Source: Octopus sinensis
Lineage: Eukaryota
Direction of reading: 5' to 3'
Length of the DNA: 64,000 nucleotides
Assembly: GCF_006345805.1 (NCBI RefSeq)
Contig: NC_043017.1
Coordinates: forward strand, 22,134,001-22,198,000
Below, piece by piece: positions 1 through 12,389 of the stretch. The notes beneath the pieces are model-generated. The model was not told where the DNA came from. It did no database searches and saw only the letters and a list, made by a program, of their open reading frames with translations. The translations under genes and the position numbers were made by a program. Numbering within the stretch: position 1 is the stretch's first letter; each line of letters opens with the position of its first letter.

Positions 1-159
1 GGATATTTGAGGCACTGAAAAGCATAAATGGAAGTTGATTAATATGTAGGTCCTAGCCCTGCTCCTTCTTGTCTAGTAGAGCAGGGTACTGCGGATTTCA
101 AAATAGAATCACTGGCTTCTAAAGGAACTTCATATTTAGGAAAACCTTAGCACAGAACT

Positions 160-472
160 CCATCAGTTATGACAATGGGGGTTCCAGCTGATTCAATCAA
201 CAGAACAGCCTGCTCATGAAATTAACATGCAAGTGGCTGAGTACACCACAGACACACATAGTCTTAACACGGTTCTCAGGGAGATTCAGTGTGACATGGA
301 ATGTGACGAGGTTGGGCCCTTTAAAATACAGCTACAAAGCACTTTTGCCAGCTCAGTGAACTGGAGCAATATGAAATAAAGAGTCTTGGTCAAGGGCACA
401 GTGCTCTGCAAGGAACTGAACTCATGACCTTACAATCGTGAGGCAGATAACCGTAACCACTAAGCCATGCCC
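160..472 (-). mobile_element. Degenerate tRNA-headed SINE, family-E-like body
   Basis: Reverse complement aligns by eye to the family-E copy at 38109-38490 (gaacagcctgctc-tgaaattaac, gtggctgag-ac-ccacagacac). Confidence 0.6.
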
Positions 473-1194
473 CTTCATCCTTAGCACAGTAAGTGTTACA
501 ACAATGGACCATACTGATGTTACTGTAAAATTTCTGCTTATATGATGGTGACACTTGCTCACGATTATAAGGCAACATCTAGACAAAGATACAAATACGC
601 ACACATATACTGACAGACATACATACAAACATAATTACACAAAGATACACACATACATATGTACATAAATACATGCACACATACATACATACAGACCAAC
701 CAACACACCAACTCAACTACATATTTACAAAGACTGCAAAATCTCTTAACACAAGGAAGTCTTGTTGCTTTGTTAGCAACTGACTTGAACTCTCTTTAGG
801 AGAATTTACATAAAATTTTTAAAAATCATACATGCATACATATATACGATTGGCTTCCTTCAGTTTCAGTCTACCAAATTCACATGGAAGGCTTTGGTTA
901 ATTGGAGAAGGAAAGGAGGATATATATATATATATGTGTTTTCAAAGCAATGAATAGCTTTTTGCAGAAACCATGGTTCACTTTATTTTCTGACTTTATC
1001 ATCATCTTATAATAATGACTTTTATGACTTTTATTACTACCTCAGTATATCTAAATGTATATATTTATCGTCACCTGTCATAAAAAGCCTTTTTTTATTT
1101 GCAATGTGCATTTTCGTTGATTTTTCATATTTTACCCTTACATTTCCACGTGTATTTCATATTTTCTTTTTGTAACATATTTCTACTATATATA

Positions 1195-1420
1195 TATATA
1201 TATATTATATTAAATTAGAGATAAAACCACTATTAGGCAAATCAAACAATGAAAAACATAAGCTAATACATAAAATTAATTAATTTATATTATTTTAAAT
1301 ATATATCAAAAGTATTAAAAGTTTAATAAAAGATAAAGAGTAAAACACTACGATCGTTTCATGGCTGTACAATTCGTAATAATTCAAGTTATGGTTACAG
1401 TCAATCTTCAGGTTAATTGA
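1195..1420 (-). mobile_element. Penelope-like terminal repeat remnant with degenerate hammerhead motif (1346-1416)
   Basis: Minus strand reads CTGAAGA, TTGACTGTA..TACAGCCAT stem, GAAA, palindromic CGATCG, TA, then an AT-rich tail. The tail is also present on + at about 51048-51290. Confidence 0.5.
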
Positions 1421-1430
1421 AATATCTAAA

Positions 1431-1463
<33 letters not shown>

Positions 1464-1468
1464 ATATA

Positions 1469-1618
1469 TGACAGGCTTCTTTCAGTTTCTGTCTGCCAAA
1501 TGCAATCACAAGGCTTTGGTCAGGCCAAGGCTATAGTAGACAACAACCAAGGTGCCATGCAGTGAGACTGAACCTGGAGCTATGTGGTTGGGAAGCAAGC
1601 TTCTTATCACACACCCAC
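1469..1618 (-). mobile_element. SINE family A (CORE-like), 5' half, diverged
   Basis: Matches the reverse complement of the head/CORE part of the 33511-33921 copy. Confidence 0.7.
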
Positions 1619-2360
1619 AAACACACACACACACACACAAACACATATATATGTTTGAAGACACTTTCCAAAGGTACCATGCAGTGGGAGTGAACCCAGG
1701 ATCATGTGGTAATAAATGAATGTCTTTACCCCACAGCCATGCCTAAGGCTTCTACTGTTTTAAATAAATACATCCACTCTATACTATATATTAAATACTT
1801 AAACTGAAATTGTGATTATTTTTCTTCGCTATTTTAAATAGAAATACACAACAATCATAAATATATATGTCTGTGTGCATATTTAATGAGTCTTGTCCAT
1901 ATATTTGACACTTCCATTAGACAGATCTTATAAACAACAATTTAAGGATGCATTGTTTAAGCAAACTGTGGCAAAATGATGTATTTGTTCACTGTCTTTT
2001 TTTATAATTAAATGTCAAAAGTTCTACAATGAATTACTGCTATTAAGAGGATAATTATTCAGATTCTGTAACCCAACCTCCATCACATCTGTAGCGTATG
2101 TATTTACATTATATTTCGATGACAAACTATGATGAATGAATGTGAAACTGCTTGAAACAGATTGTTGGTAGTATATACACTCTAAAAATAAGGTTAACAG
2201 AATGAAAAATTACCATCTTAGTTTTTGATAACTTTAATTACAAAAGGATAAAGTCAAAAGTGTGTGGCTGATAAGTTTGGTTTTCGATCACACAACCATA
2301 TCTGCTGCTGCTGCTGCTGCTACTACTACTAGTACTAATAATAATAATGATGATGATGAT

Positions 2361-2577
2361 AATGGTTTCAAATTTTGGCACAAGGCCAGCAATTCTGGAG
2401 GAAGGAGCAAGTTGATTACATCGATCCCTGTCCTCTACTAGTGGACTTATTTTATCAACTCCGGTGGGATGAAAGACAAATTCAACTGTGGTGAAATCTG
2501 TATTCATAATGCAAAGACAGACAAAATACCAGTAGCCATTTTGTCCGGTGTGGTAACAATTCTGCCACCTCACTGCC
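2361..2577 (-). mobile_element. Deu/Nin-like SINE variant related to family B, diverged
   Basis: Reverse complement has the ggcagaattgttacc head and tttgtctttcatccc..ttgataaaataag core, with a ccttgtgccaaaatttgaaacc 3' end. Confidence 0.6.
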
Positions 2578-2589
2578 TATATTATTCTC

Positions 2590-2633
<44 letters not shown>

Positions 2634-2690
2634 TAATAATAATAATAATAATAAATAATAATAATAATAATAATAATGATGTAACAACAA
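2590..2690. repeat. (AAT)n microsatellite
   Basis: Direct inspection. Confidence 0.95.
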
Positions 2691-3251
2691 TAATAGTAAA
2701 ACTGAAATGCTGACTTAGAATAAGAATTGAGTGTATTCCCACAGGATCTTAAAATAATTCTTTTGCATAGCATCTAAAATGACAATTAATTTATGCAGCC
2801 ACGGAACGAATAACTAAAATGACACCAAAAAGCCAAATGTACCATTCTTGTAATTTCTCTTATTACCATAAACCAAAATTTCTCATATTTTTCACTCTTG
2901 CTAAAATTCAAAAGATTACGAAACTTATTCTACTATTTCTCATACATGACAGTAATTTCACTCACCACCACCACCACCACCACCACAGCCACTACCACCA
3001 CAACCACCACATATTTCCTTTCATTTATCAATAACCAATATCTATACTCAAAGAAGTTTCAGTCTCTTTGTCGTTTATTTTATGAGGTCTTATTCAATAT
3101 ACATTGTTTGACATTGTTTTTTTTTTTATCTCATCATTATATTTTATTATATTTTTCTGTTTTTCTTTCGTTTTATTTCATTTCCCAGTGTTTTTATGTT
3201 TGCAGAGAATTTTTACATTGGATATTCCCTGTTCTATCGAGTACCAAGAAT

Positions 3252-3600
3252 TATTATTATTACTACTACTACTACTACTACTACTGCTACCATCATCATC
3301 ATCATTGTTGTTATCATTATCATTATTAATATTATTAATATTATTATTATTATCACTATTATTATCATTATTGATATTGTTATTATTATTATTATCATTA
3401 TTGATATTATTATTATTATCATTATTGATATTATTATTATTATTATTATTATTATTATCATTATTATTATTATTATTATCATTATCATCATCATCATTAT
3501 TATTATTATTATTATTATCATTACTAATATTATTATCATTACTATCATTATTATTATTATCATTATCATCATCATCATCATCATCAACATCACCATTATT
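3252..3600. repeat. Compound (ATT/ACT/ATC)n microsatellite
   Basis: Direct inspection; it explains the poly-I/L/M ORFs here. Confidence 0.95.
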
Positions 3601-3788
3601 ATGTTCACCTTGTCTTGTTTAAATATACAACGTTATATTAAATGGGCAAAAGCAACAAGTGCTGACAAAATCCCAAGACGGTTATTCTTGTCAAATCAGC
3701 AACAAACAACAACGACAACAACAACAAAAGTAATAATAACAACCGTAAGACTACTAAAACTACTAAAGCTACTAGTTGTAACCGAGTC

Positions 3789-3830
3789 TTAACAAAAAGC
3801 GTTGCCGCCAGGGACAAAATACAATGCAAA
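3789..3830 (-). CDS. Candidate terminal coding exon (FALYFVPGGNAFC*) of a putative minus-strand gene
   Basis: Strong acceptor ccattctttttcag on minus. A phase-0 start fits the donor at 4436. TAA at 3791-3789. No homology recognised. Confidence 0.2.
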   Translation of the reverse strand, partial: FALYFVPGGNAFC

Positions 3831-4435
3831 CTGAAAAAGAATGGTTATAGCAAACAATGTGCCAGCATGATACGGAGAGCTGTAAACAGAGGATCAAACG
3901 GAATTCGTTTTAGCTTTGGTGCTGCTGCTGAACCCTGATTCTTTGGTGAAATGTAGTACAGTGAATTAAAAACTATATCAGTGTTTGAATGTCCAAGGGG
4001 AACGTTACGGATTACTACGAGTGAGTTTGAGTTAATGGTTAAAAGTGATGGTTTAATGCTGGTAGCAAGTATGGTGTGGTGTGGTGTGGTGCGGTGGGGT
4101 GGGGTGGGGTGGGGGTGATGTGATGGTGTTGGAAGAAGGGAGAGAAAACAAAGTGATTGGATTTCTGGCGGTCGGTTGTTTAATACTAATTGCTGCATAA
4201 GGGACGGCAATATTTGGAAAGGATCTGAGACCACTGCGGGGGAGGGGGGGGAGAAGGGATGGACGCTCATCGTGGGTAGCAATGAAAGAGTTGGCAGGGG
4301 GAGCAGTAGGTGAAGGATGTAGTGGGAGAGTGTTTGTGTGTGGGCGGCAAAAGGATCGGTGACTGTTGTTTTAGCCCCAGGGTGATCTTGAGTGGACAGG
4401 CATATGATCGGATATTTTTGTCATGACTAACTCAC

Positions 4436-5052
4436 CTTGTTCAAATAGTATAGCTGAGATGGACAAAACTGTGCTTCTATTTCTAGCAGGTCAACAGAGA
4501 AATTCCTTACTGGCTGGTGTTGAAATGGTTGGAGGTGGTGGGGATGGTGTTGGTGGTGAAATGGGTGGGGGTCAGAAGGTGGGTGAAGGCAAGAAGGTGG
4601 GAATGAAATGCAAAGTTTGGTAGGGACAGGTTGGATAGTGGTGATTGTGGTGACAGTAGGGGTGAGGTTTGGGGTGGCATTGTCATTGCTGTTGTTGGTA
4701 GTGGTGGTGGTGGTGGTTGAGTGGGTCATTGTGGAAGTGAGAGGGTGGATAGTGGTGGTGTTAGTGGTTGGAAACTGTGTGGTAATGCAAGGATGGGTGG
4801 TAGTGAGAGGATAATGGTTGTGGGCGAAAGAGGGTGGAGCGAGATGGAAGCGAGGCAGACAGAGATGCACATTATTGACAATGGTATAAGTAAGCAGTGA
4901 CCATTGGTCTAAGACTAACAAATTTAAGCCATGGCTGAGAGATGGACTTAAACCTTCACTTAAACAAAAGCTGTAGGATATAATTAGTTGTCCCCAGATG
5001 GACCCTGATGAAGCAGATGACATATGATCAGTCACAAGTATTCCATCCATAA
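4436..5052 (-). CDS. Candidate 617-nt exon encoding a Thr/Pro/His-rich, mucin-like low-complexity segment
   Basis: Acceptor ccatttccttctctatcacattatttag and donor AAG|gtgagt bracket an open frame (phase 1 to phase 0) inside the 236-aa ORF 4427-5137. Part of the openness reflects ACC-rich composition. Confidence 0.28.
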
Positions 5053-5206
5053 CTAAATAATGTGATAGAGAAGGAAATGGCTTTATACGGGACGTTGATA
5101 GGACAGACACAAGAACCTTGCTATAGTGGAGATACATGGCTTGTTGAATAAGAGAAAATCAGGTGCAAAGAATCAGAGCATGGCTTGCATATATAATGAA
5201 GGTGGA

Positions 5207-5248
<42 letters not shown>

Positions 5249-5255
5249 TACATAC

Positions 5256-5306
<51 letters not shown>

Positions 5307-5397
5307 CACACACATACATACATACATATATATATATATACACACACATACATACATACATATACATATATATATATATATACACACACATACATAC

Positions 5398-5428
<31 letters not shown>

Positions 5429-5449
5429 CACACATACATATATATATAT

Positions 5450-5485
<36 letters not shown>

Positions 5486-5629
5486 GCACACATACATACA
5501 TACATATATATATATATATACACACACATACATACATATATATACACACATACATACATACATATACATATATATATATATACACACACATACATACATA
5601 CATATACATATATATATATATATACACAC

Positions 5630-5660
<31 letters not shown>

Positions 5661-5744
5661 CACACACATACATACATACATATACATATATATATATATA
5701 CACACACATCATAATATATATTATATATACACACACATACATAC

Positions 5745-5786
<42 letters not shown>

Positions 5787-5797
5787 TATATACACAC

Positions 5798-5850
<53 letters not shown>

Positions 5851-5940
5851 TATATATATATATATATATACATATATACATACATACATATACATATATA
5901 TATGTGTGTGTGTGTGTGAGTATGTATGCATATATGTATG

Positions 5941-5985
<45 letters not shown>
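5207..5985. repeat. (TA)n/(CA)n/(CATA)n compound microsatellite
   Basis: Direct inspection. Confidence 0.95.
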
Positions 5986-6245
5986 GAATGTATATACATA
6001 TATACACAAGGGCCTTCTTTCAGTTTCCATCTTCTGAATCCACTCACAAGGCTTTGCAATTGATATATCAATATATAAATAACTATTTGTGATGATAACC
6101 TTCAAAAACCTGATAAATACATTTGTGTTTAGATACTTTTAGAACTGTTCCATCTTGATTACTAATCACCAAAGCTGAAACTTTCCTTTGATATGGAAAT
6201 TCTTGGAGATAACAATTAATATTAGTTATTATCACTTTACGCGCC

Positions 6246-6252
6246 ATGTTTG
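6246..6252 (+). CDS. Candidate start exon (ATG TTT G) of a putative small secreted-peptide gene
   Basis: Good Kozak context cgcgccATG followed by a strong donor G|gtaagc. Phase 1 fits the exon at 21971. The link is speculative. Confidence 0.2.
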
Positions 6253-6914
6253 GTAAGCTCACTCATTCCACATATTTTTACATGGATTTTTATGATTTCT
6301 TCCTCTTTGATAAAACTGAGCACAGCATTATAGTGTTTGAAGAGGAAAAAATAAAATGAGAGAGGAATAAAGGAATTTTTATTTCGCATAATAGTTTATG
6401 AAATTGCGTAGTTGCAAAGTTTAGTCAGAAGTTATGAACGTAAATCTTTAAAAGAAAACGGAGAAACAACAGCAATATTTGGCATTTTCATGTCTCGGAA
6501 TAAAGTTAACAATAGACCAATGAAACGAGAGTGATCTGTGATTTCTTTCATGTAAATGTGATGAAAGGTAATAAAATACACAAAATAAACGGAAGCTTGG
6601 ATGAGGAAAATAAAAGCATTTTTTGAAAATTCTTTTGAGATTTAAGAAGGCAGAAAGTAATTGAAAGAAAACTAATCATTTGAGATAAATTAATTATATT
6701 GACACATTAAACAATAATGACATTTCTTTCATGTTTTCTGACGAACTTAATGAAAAACATTATCTCCACTAAAATCTGCAAATTTACATCTGGATGAAAT
6801 AGTCGGAAATTCTTGAAAGTTTGGAAGGTACACATTGGTTTGCAAAGGAAAATTCTGCTGTTTAGTGCAACTGTATGATATAAAAGTGAGGAGCTTTTAT
6901 ATGGTTGATTAACA

Positions 6915-7215
6915 TGCAAGAAATAGCAGCCAAATATTGCTTCCAGTCATTTGCTACTGTCTTTAAAAATAAGGCACAAAAGTGTGGACTGGTCCCAAAG
7001 TGAGGAATCAGATTAATGGAAGCAAAACATTAAATATTAAAATATTCTTTCAAAGAAAAATTATGAAAAAATAAACAAAACACACCTAGAGAGGTAATAT
7101 ATACCTAGATAAACCTAAACAAAAGGGAAGGTCATGGCTGGAATATCTTCAATGATAGAAATGCTAGATTGGAGTTGACCTGTGAGCTAAGAAATTCCTA
7201 CAATAACAACAAGGC
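6915..7215 (+). mobile_element. Old SINE-like repeat (gaaatagcagccaaat..ggtcatggctggaat..aacaacaa) interrupted by a 113-bp foreign segment
   Basis: Similar to 17690-17830. The segment 6976-7088 duplicates 9294-9410. Confidence 0.5.
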
Positions 7216-7686
7216 CAAGTGTTTCTCCTTATAGCCTCAGTTTGTTGAATGCTTTCTAGAAGACTAGAAGATATATGCTGTGTAGAATACCATCACATAC
7301 ATATCTAGCTATCTATCTATCTTATATATATATAGGTGTAGGAGTGGCTGTGTGTTAAGCAAACATATATATATCCTGTTTTTAACCATTACTGTTTTCA
7401 ATTTTGTTTTCATTTCTTGTATTTATATTCGTCTCTGTTGCGTTTACATTCTTTCCTTCTACCAAGAAATCTAATGCTCACAGCTTAGTTTTTTCCTTGG
7501 GGCTGGCCAAGTTGGAGCAAATATCAGAATTAATCAGCCGAAATTTGCCATGATGATTTGGTTTCTGACTGAAGATTGAAGGCTTCGAATGACTTGTCTG
7601 TTTTCCGTGTTCGTCCCTTTGTGTATTTCACGTTCTTTATATATAAATTTTTTAAACGATGATGATGATGATGATTCCTATATATA

Positions 7687-8805
7687 TATCATCATCATCA
7701 TCATCATCATCATTTAACGTCCGCTTTCCATGCTAGCATGGGTTGGACGGTTCAACTGGGGTCTGGGGAGCCCGAAAGCTGCACCAGTCCAGTCAGATCT
7801 GGCAGTGTTTCTACAGCTGGATGCCCTTCCTAACGCCAACCACTCCGAGAGTGTAGTGGGTGATTTTATGTGCCACCGACACAGGTGCCAGACGAGGCTG
7901 GCAAACGGCCACGCTCGGATGGTGTTTTTATGTGCCACCGACACAGGTGCCAGATGAGGCTGGCAAAACGGCCACGATCGGATGGTGCTTGTTACGTGCC
8001 CACAGCACGGAGGCCAGTCGATGCGGTACTGGCTACGGCCACGTTCGGATGGTTTTCTTGTGTGCCACGTGCCACTGGCACTGGTACCACAAGGATACAA
8101 ATTCCATTGATGTTCATCTATTTTGATTTGTTTTGATTTGATTTTCACTTGCCTCAACAGGTCTTCACAAGTGTCACAAGAAGGAAGGTATGCACAGGTG
8201 GACTGACTACGTCCCAGGTAGGGGCCATGGGTTATGGCCTGACTAGTCTTGCCGGGTCTTTGGATGGTGTTTTTATGTGCCACCGACACAGGTACTAGAT
8301 GAGGCTGGCGAACGGCCACGATCGGATGGGGTTTGTCATGTGCCCACCGCACTGACTACAGCACTGATGGATTTCTTGTGTGCCACAGGCACTGGTACCA
8401 CAAGATACAAATTCCATTGATGTTTATCTATTTTGTCTATTTTGATTTGATTTGATTTGATTTGATTTTCACTTGCCTCAACCGGTCTTCACAGGTGTCA
8501 CAAGAGGAAGGTATGCACAGGTGGACTGACTAGTCTTGCCGGGTCTTCGGAAGGTGTTTTTATGTGCCACCGACACAGGTGCCAGATGAGGCTGGCGAAC
8601 GGCCATGATCGGAGGGTGTTTGTTACGTGCCCACAGCACGGAGGCCGGTCGATGCAGAACTGGCTACGGCCACGTTCGGATGGTTCTCTTGTGTGCCACC
8701 GGCACTGGTACCACAAAGTGTGTGCCACCGGCACTGGTACCACAAAGATACAGATTCCATTGATGTTCATCTATTTTGATTTGTTTTGATTTTGATTTTG
8801 ATTCA
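7687..8805 (-). mobile_element. Composite concatemer: SINE-C 3' part with (ATG)n tail, about 60-bp internal repeats, and RTE-like 3'UTR segments with (AAATC)n tails
   Basis: Three blocks end in ttttgatttg..ttcacttgcctcaac (about 8120-8160, 8440-8480, 8770-8805). The unit gtgtttttatgtgccaccgacacaggtgccagatgaggctggc recurs. The ttggcgttaggaagggcatccagctgtagaaac core and catcat tail lie at 7687-7860. Confidence 0.75.
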
Positions 8806-8905
8806 TATATATATATATATATATATATATACGTTTAAATATTTGTTGTGCAAGATTTTTTATTGGCTAAACTGGCAATATGACCATTCCGAAATATAAC
8901 AATAT

Positions 8906-8972
8906 ATATATATATCATCATCATCGTTTAGCATGGAAAACGGACGCTAAACGATGATGATGATATATATAT
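8906..8972. repeat. Perfect 27-bp inverted repeat (fold-back of a SINE-C 3' end) with a 13-nt loop
   Basis: atatatatatcatcatcatcgtttagc / gctaaacgatgatgatgatatatatat. Confidence 0.9.
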
Positions 8973-9449
8973 TTATAGGTGTAGGAGTGGCCGTGTGGTA
9001 AACAAAAGGGTTAAGGGATATTTAGCTTGGCTGCTATATCTAGCAGAGTTTTTTGCTCATTAGCTCAGCATGTATCAATGGTTAATTAAAGATAGCGGAA
9101 GACGCGGAAATAGTGAAGAATCAGAAGGGATGTATAGCAGTATTCTGCCAGGACTCCTTCATTGTGTGAATTCAAATGCTATCTGTGATGAACTTTTACC
9201 GTTTATTTCCTCTGAGAACCAATAAAGGGTCAGCCAGGAAATGGTTGGGGGTGGGTGGGGGGATTAAATTCAATTCTCTATTTCTTTTTAGCTACAAAAG
9301 TGTGGACTGGTGCCAAAGTGAGGAATCAGATTAATGGAAGCAAAACATTAAATATTAAAATATTCTTTCAAAAAAAAAAAATTATGAAAAAAATAAACAA
9401 AACACACCTAACATTATTCTTATCTTTATCAAAACCCTGACAATAGTAA

Positions 9450-10043
9450 CTACACACAATTCTCTCTTTCTCTTTCTCTCTCTCTCTCTCTTGCTATCAA
9501 TCAATCAATCAATCACTCTGTCTAGTTAGCTCTCTATCTATCTAAATCTATCTATCTGTCTTTCTTTCTCTCTCCACTCTCTCTCTCTCTCTCTAACTAT
9601 AACTATCTATCTATTACAGTTTATCTATCGATTTATCTATCTCGCTCTCTAACTCATTCTATATATCTAATGCTCTGTCACTCTCTCAATCTATCTAACT
9701 CTCTCTCTCTCTCTGTTTCCGTCTCTCTTTCTATCTATCTATCTATCTCTATCTAACACTATCTATCTATCTAACTATCAATCTGTCTATCTATCTATCC
9801 GTCTATCTGTCTGTCTGTCTGCCTATCTACCTATCTATCTATCTAACTATCTACCTCTCTGTCTGTCTGTCTGTCTGTCTGTCTTTCAATTTATCTATCT
9901 ATCTGTCTGTCTGTCTGATTGTGTGCCTGCCTGTCTATCATGCTATCTATCTATTTATCTATCTGTCTGTCTGTCAATCTGTCCATTTGTCTGCTTGTCT
10001 ATCATTCTCCCCATCTATCTATCTATCTATCTATCTATCTACA

Positions 10044-10085
<42 letters not shown>

Positions 10086-10130
10086 CCTACCTACCTACCT
10101 GCCTGCCTGCCTACCTACCTACCTACCTAC

Positions 10131-10166
<36 letters not shown>

Positions 10167-10330
10167 GTCTGTCTGTCTATCAATTTATCTATCTATCCGT
10201 CTGTCTGTCTGATTGTCTGCCTGCCTGTCTATCATTCTATCTATCTATTTATCTATCTGACTGTCTGTCAGTCTGTCTTTTGTCTGCCTGTCTATCATTC
10301 TCTCCATCTCTCCATCCATCTCTCCATCTG

Positions 10331-10368
<38 letters not shown>

Positions 10369-10435
10369 CATCTATCTATCTATCCATCTATCTATCTATC
10401 TATCTATCTACCTATCTGTCTACCTGCCTATCAAT
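9450..10435. repeat. (CT)n/(TCTA)n/(CTGT)n/(CCTA)n compound microsatellite
   Basis: Direct inspection. Confidence 0.95.
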
Positions 10436-10599
10436 CCATCCTACAGTTCCCCATTTATATCTCTGGGTAGTTAATTTCTTTCCCTTCTTCTTCTTTCTTC
10501 ATTGTCAGAAACACAAAAACCATTAAAACATAATTTCATATTTGCGATTCTTTTGCTAATTTTCTGCTCCGTCTTCTCTTCACCTCACAATCTTCTTCC

Positions 10600-10730
10600 T
10601 TCTCCCCTCTCCATTCAATCTATCTCCCTCCCTCCCTCCCACTTTCTCACTCTCGGTATATGTGTGCGTCTCTGTCTCCCTCCTCCTCCTCTAAATTTCT
10701 GTGTCTCTCCCTTTCATCCACTTTGTATCT

Positions 10731-10767
<37 letters not shown>

Positions 10768-10886
10768 GCCTTCACTTTCTCTCATTCTCTCTCACATTCA
10801 CTTTCTCACTGTCTTCCCTCTCTCTCTTTCTCTCTGTATGTGTGTATGTGTCTCTCCTCTAATTTTCTGTCTGTCTGTCTCTCTCG

Positions 10887-10922
<36 letters not shown>

Positions 10923-11215
10923 CTTTCACTTTCTCTCATTCGCTCTCACATTCCCTTTCTTTCTGTCTTCCCCTCTCTCTTTCTCTCCATATGTGTCTGT
11001 CCCTTTCTCCTCTTCCTCTAATTTTCTGTCTCTATCTTTTTCACCACTTTCTCTCTCTGTCTCTTTCTCACTCTCTCTCTCCTGCATTCACTTTCTCTCA
11101 CCCTCCCTCACACTCACTTTCTCTCTCTCTCTGTCCCCCCCTTTCTCTCCTGTCTTTGTCTATAGCCAAATCACTTCCCTTCCTCCTTCTCCTTCTCCTC
11201 CTCCTCCTCCTCCAA
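10600..11215. repeat. Polypyrimidine (CT)-rich degenerate repeat
   Basis: Direct inspection; includes internal re-use of cctgc(a/c)ttcactttctctca. Confidence 0.85.
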
Positions 11216-11712
11216 AACAACCTGTTGCTTCATTGTACTGTTACTAAGATACAAAACAGCCACAGAGATGATATTCATTTCGCTTTTTCAAGCATCTTTT
11301 CACCCATTCTAAAGAATCTGGATACATTTTAATCAACACTGCCAGAGTCTCTTGATACCACCTACATCGATTATGTACACTTTATACTTTCTACCATTCT
11401 TCTTGCTTTAATGAAAAGCCCCCCCCCCATCTTTCTCTCTCTCTCTCTCACATACACACAGACACACACCTACATATAATTATAAAGAAATGCATATATA
11501 TGTAAACTTACACATATACATAATTATATGACATATTACTAAACACTATAATGATATACATAATATCTATATAGTTATATTACATATCATGTATAATATA
11601 AATATGATCTACATATACACACACAAACACACACATGCCTATATACTTACTTATATACACATGTATTTACATTATTATATAGTTATGAACACATAACTAC
11701 ATATGTGTGCAC

Positions 11713-11828
<116 letters not shown>

Positions 11829-12213
11829 TATGGATAGACAGATAAATAGATAGATAGATAGATAGATAGATAAACACACACATACACATTATGTATACAT
11901 ATACATTCATATACTATAATGGTCATTATGTGTTGCATGTTATTTTTCAAGGACATCTTTCACATATATGCATACATCACTCAGTGTGCATGTGTGAGTC
12001 CATGTATATTTGCACATACATACACCTATATTAATAAATAAATTTATACACAGAAAAATCATGTGTGTGTGTGTGTGCACTGTTACTTATAAGATTTATA
12101 CCAATGCTGGTTTATGTGCAATGCATAAGCATTATTATTATGTATTTACTTCCACCTACTTGCATTTATGAACCAGCATAAATAATCATAAATACTTATA
12201 AATTCAGAAAAGC

Positions 12214-12255
<42 letters not shown>

Positions 12256-12351
12256 CTGGAAGGTTTACGAAAATAAACAAAAGACGAAGGCAGGTGGAGT
12301 ACAAACAAACAAATGTATTAGTATGGCACTCAGGAATAGAAATAGAACAAG

Positions 12352-12389
12352 TCTTTTACGTTTCAAGCATACGCTCTTCGACAGAAAGA
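12352..12389 (-). ncRNA. Minimal type I hammerhead-like motif, Penelope-associated, variant core CUGUCGA
   Basis: TCTTT-CTGTCGA-A-GAGC(GTAT)GCTT-GAAA-CGT-A-AAAGA. Stem I is 5 bp, stem II 4 bp, stem III is the palindrome ACGU, with a GUA site. It sits in a terminal-repeat-like segment at 12255-12445. Confidence 0.65.

Noticed and set aside
6420-6920. Possible decayed coding remnant
   Set aside because: Short protein-like stretches in changing frames with no identifiable motif; not supportable without a search.
7565-7600. Hammerhead-like CTGAAGA..CTTCGAAT
   Set aside because: Stem II cannot close (1-nt loop), GAAA is broken and there is no stem I. At best a heavily decayed remnant.
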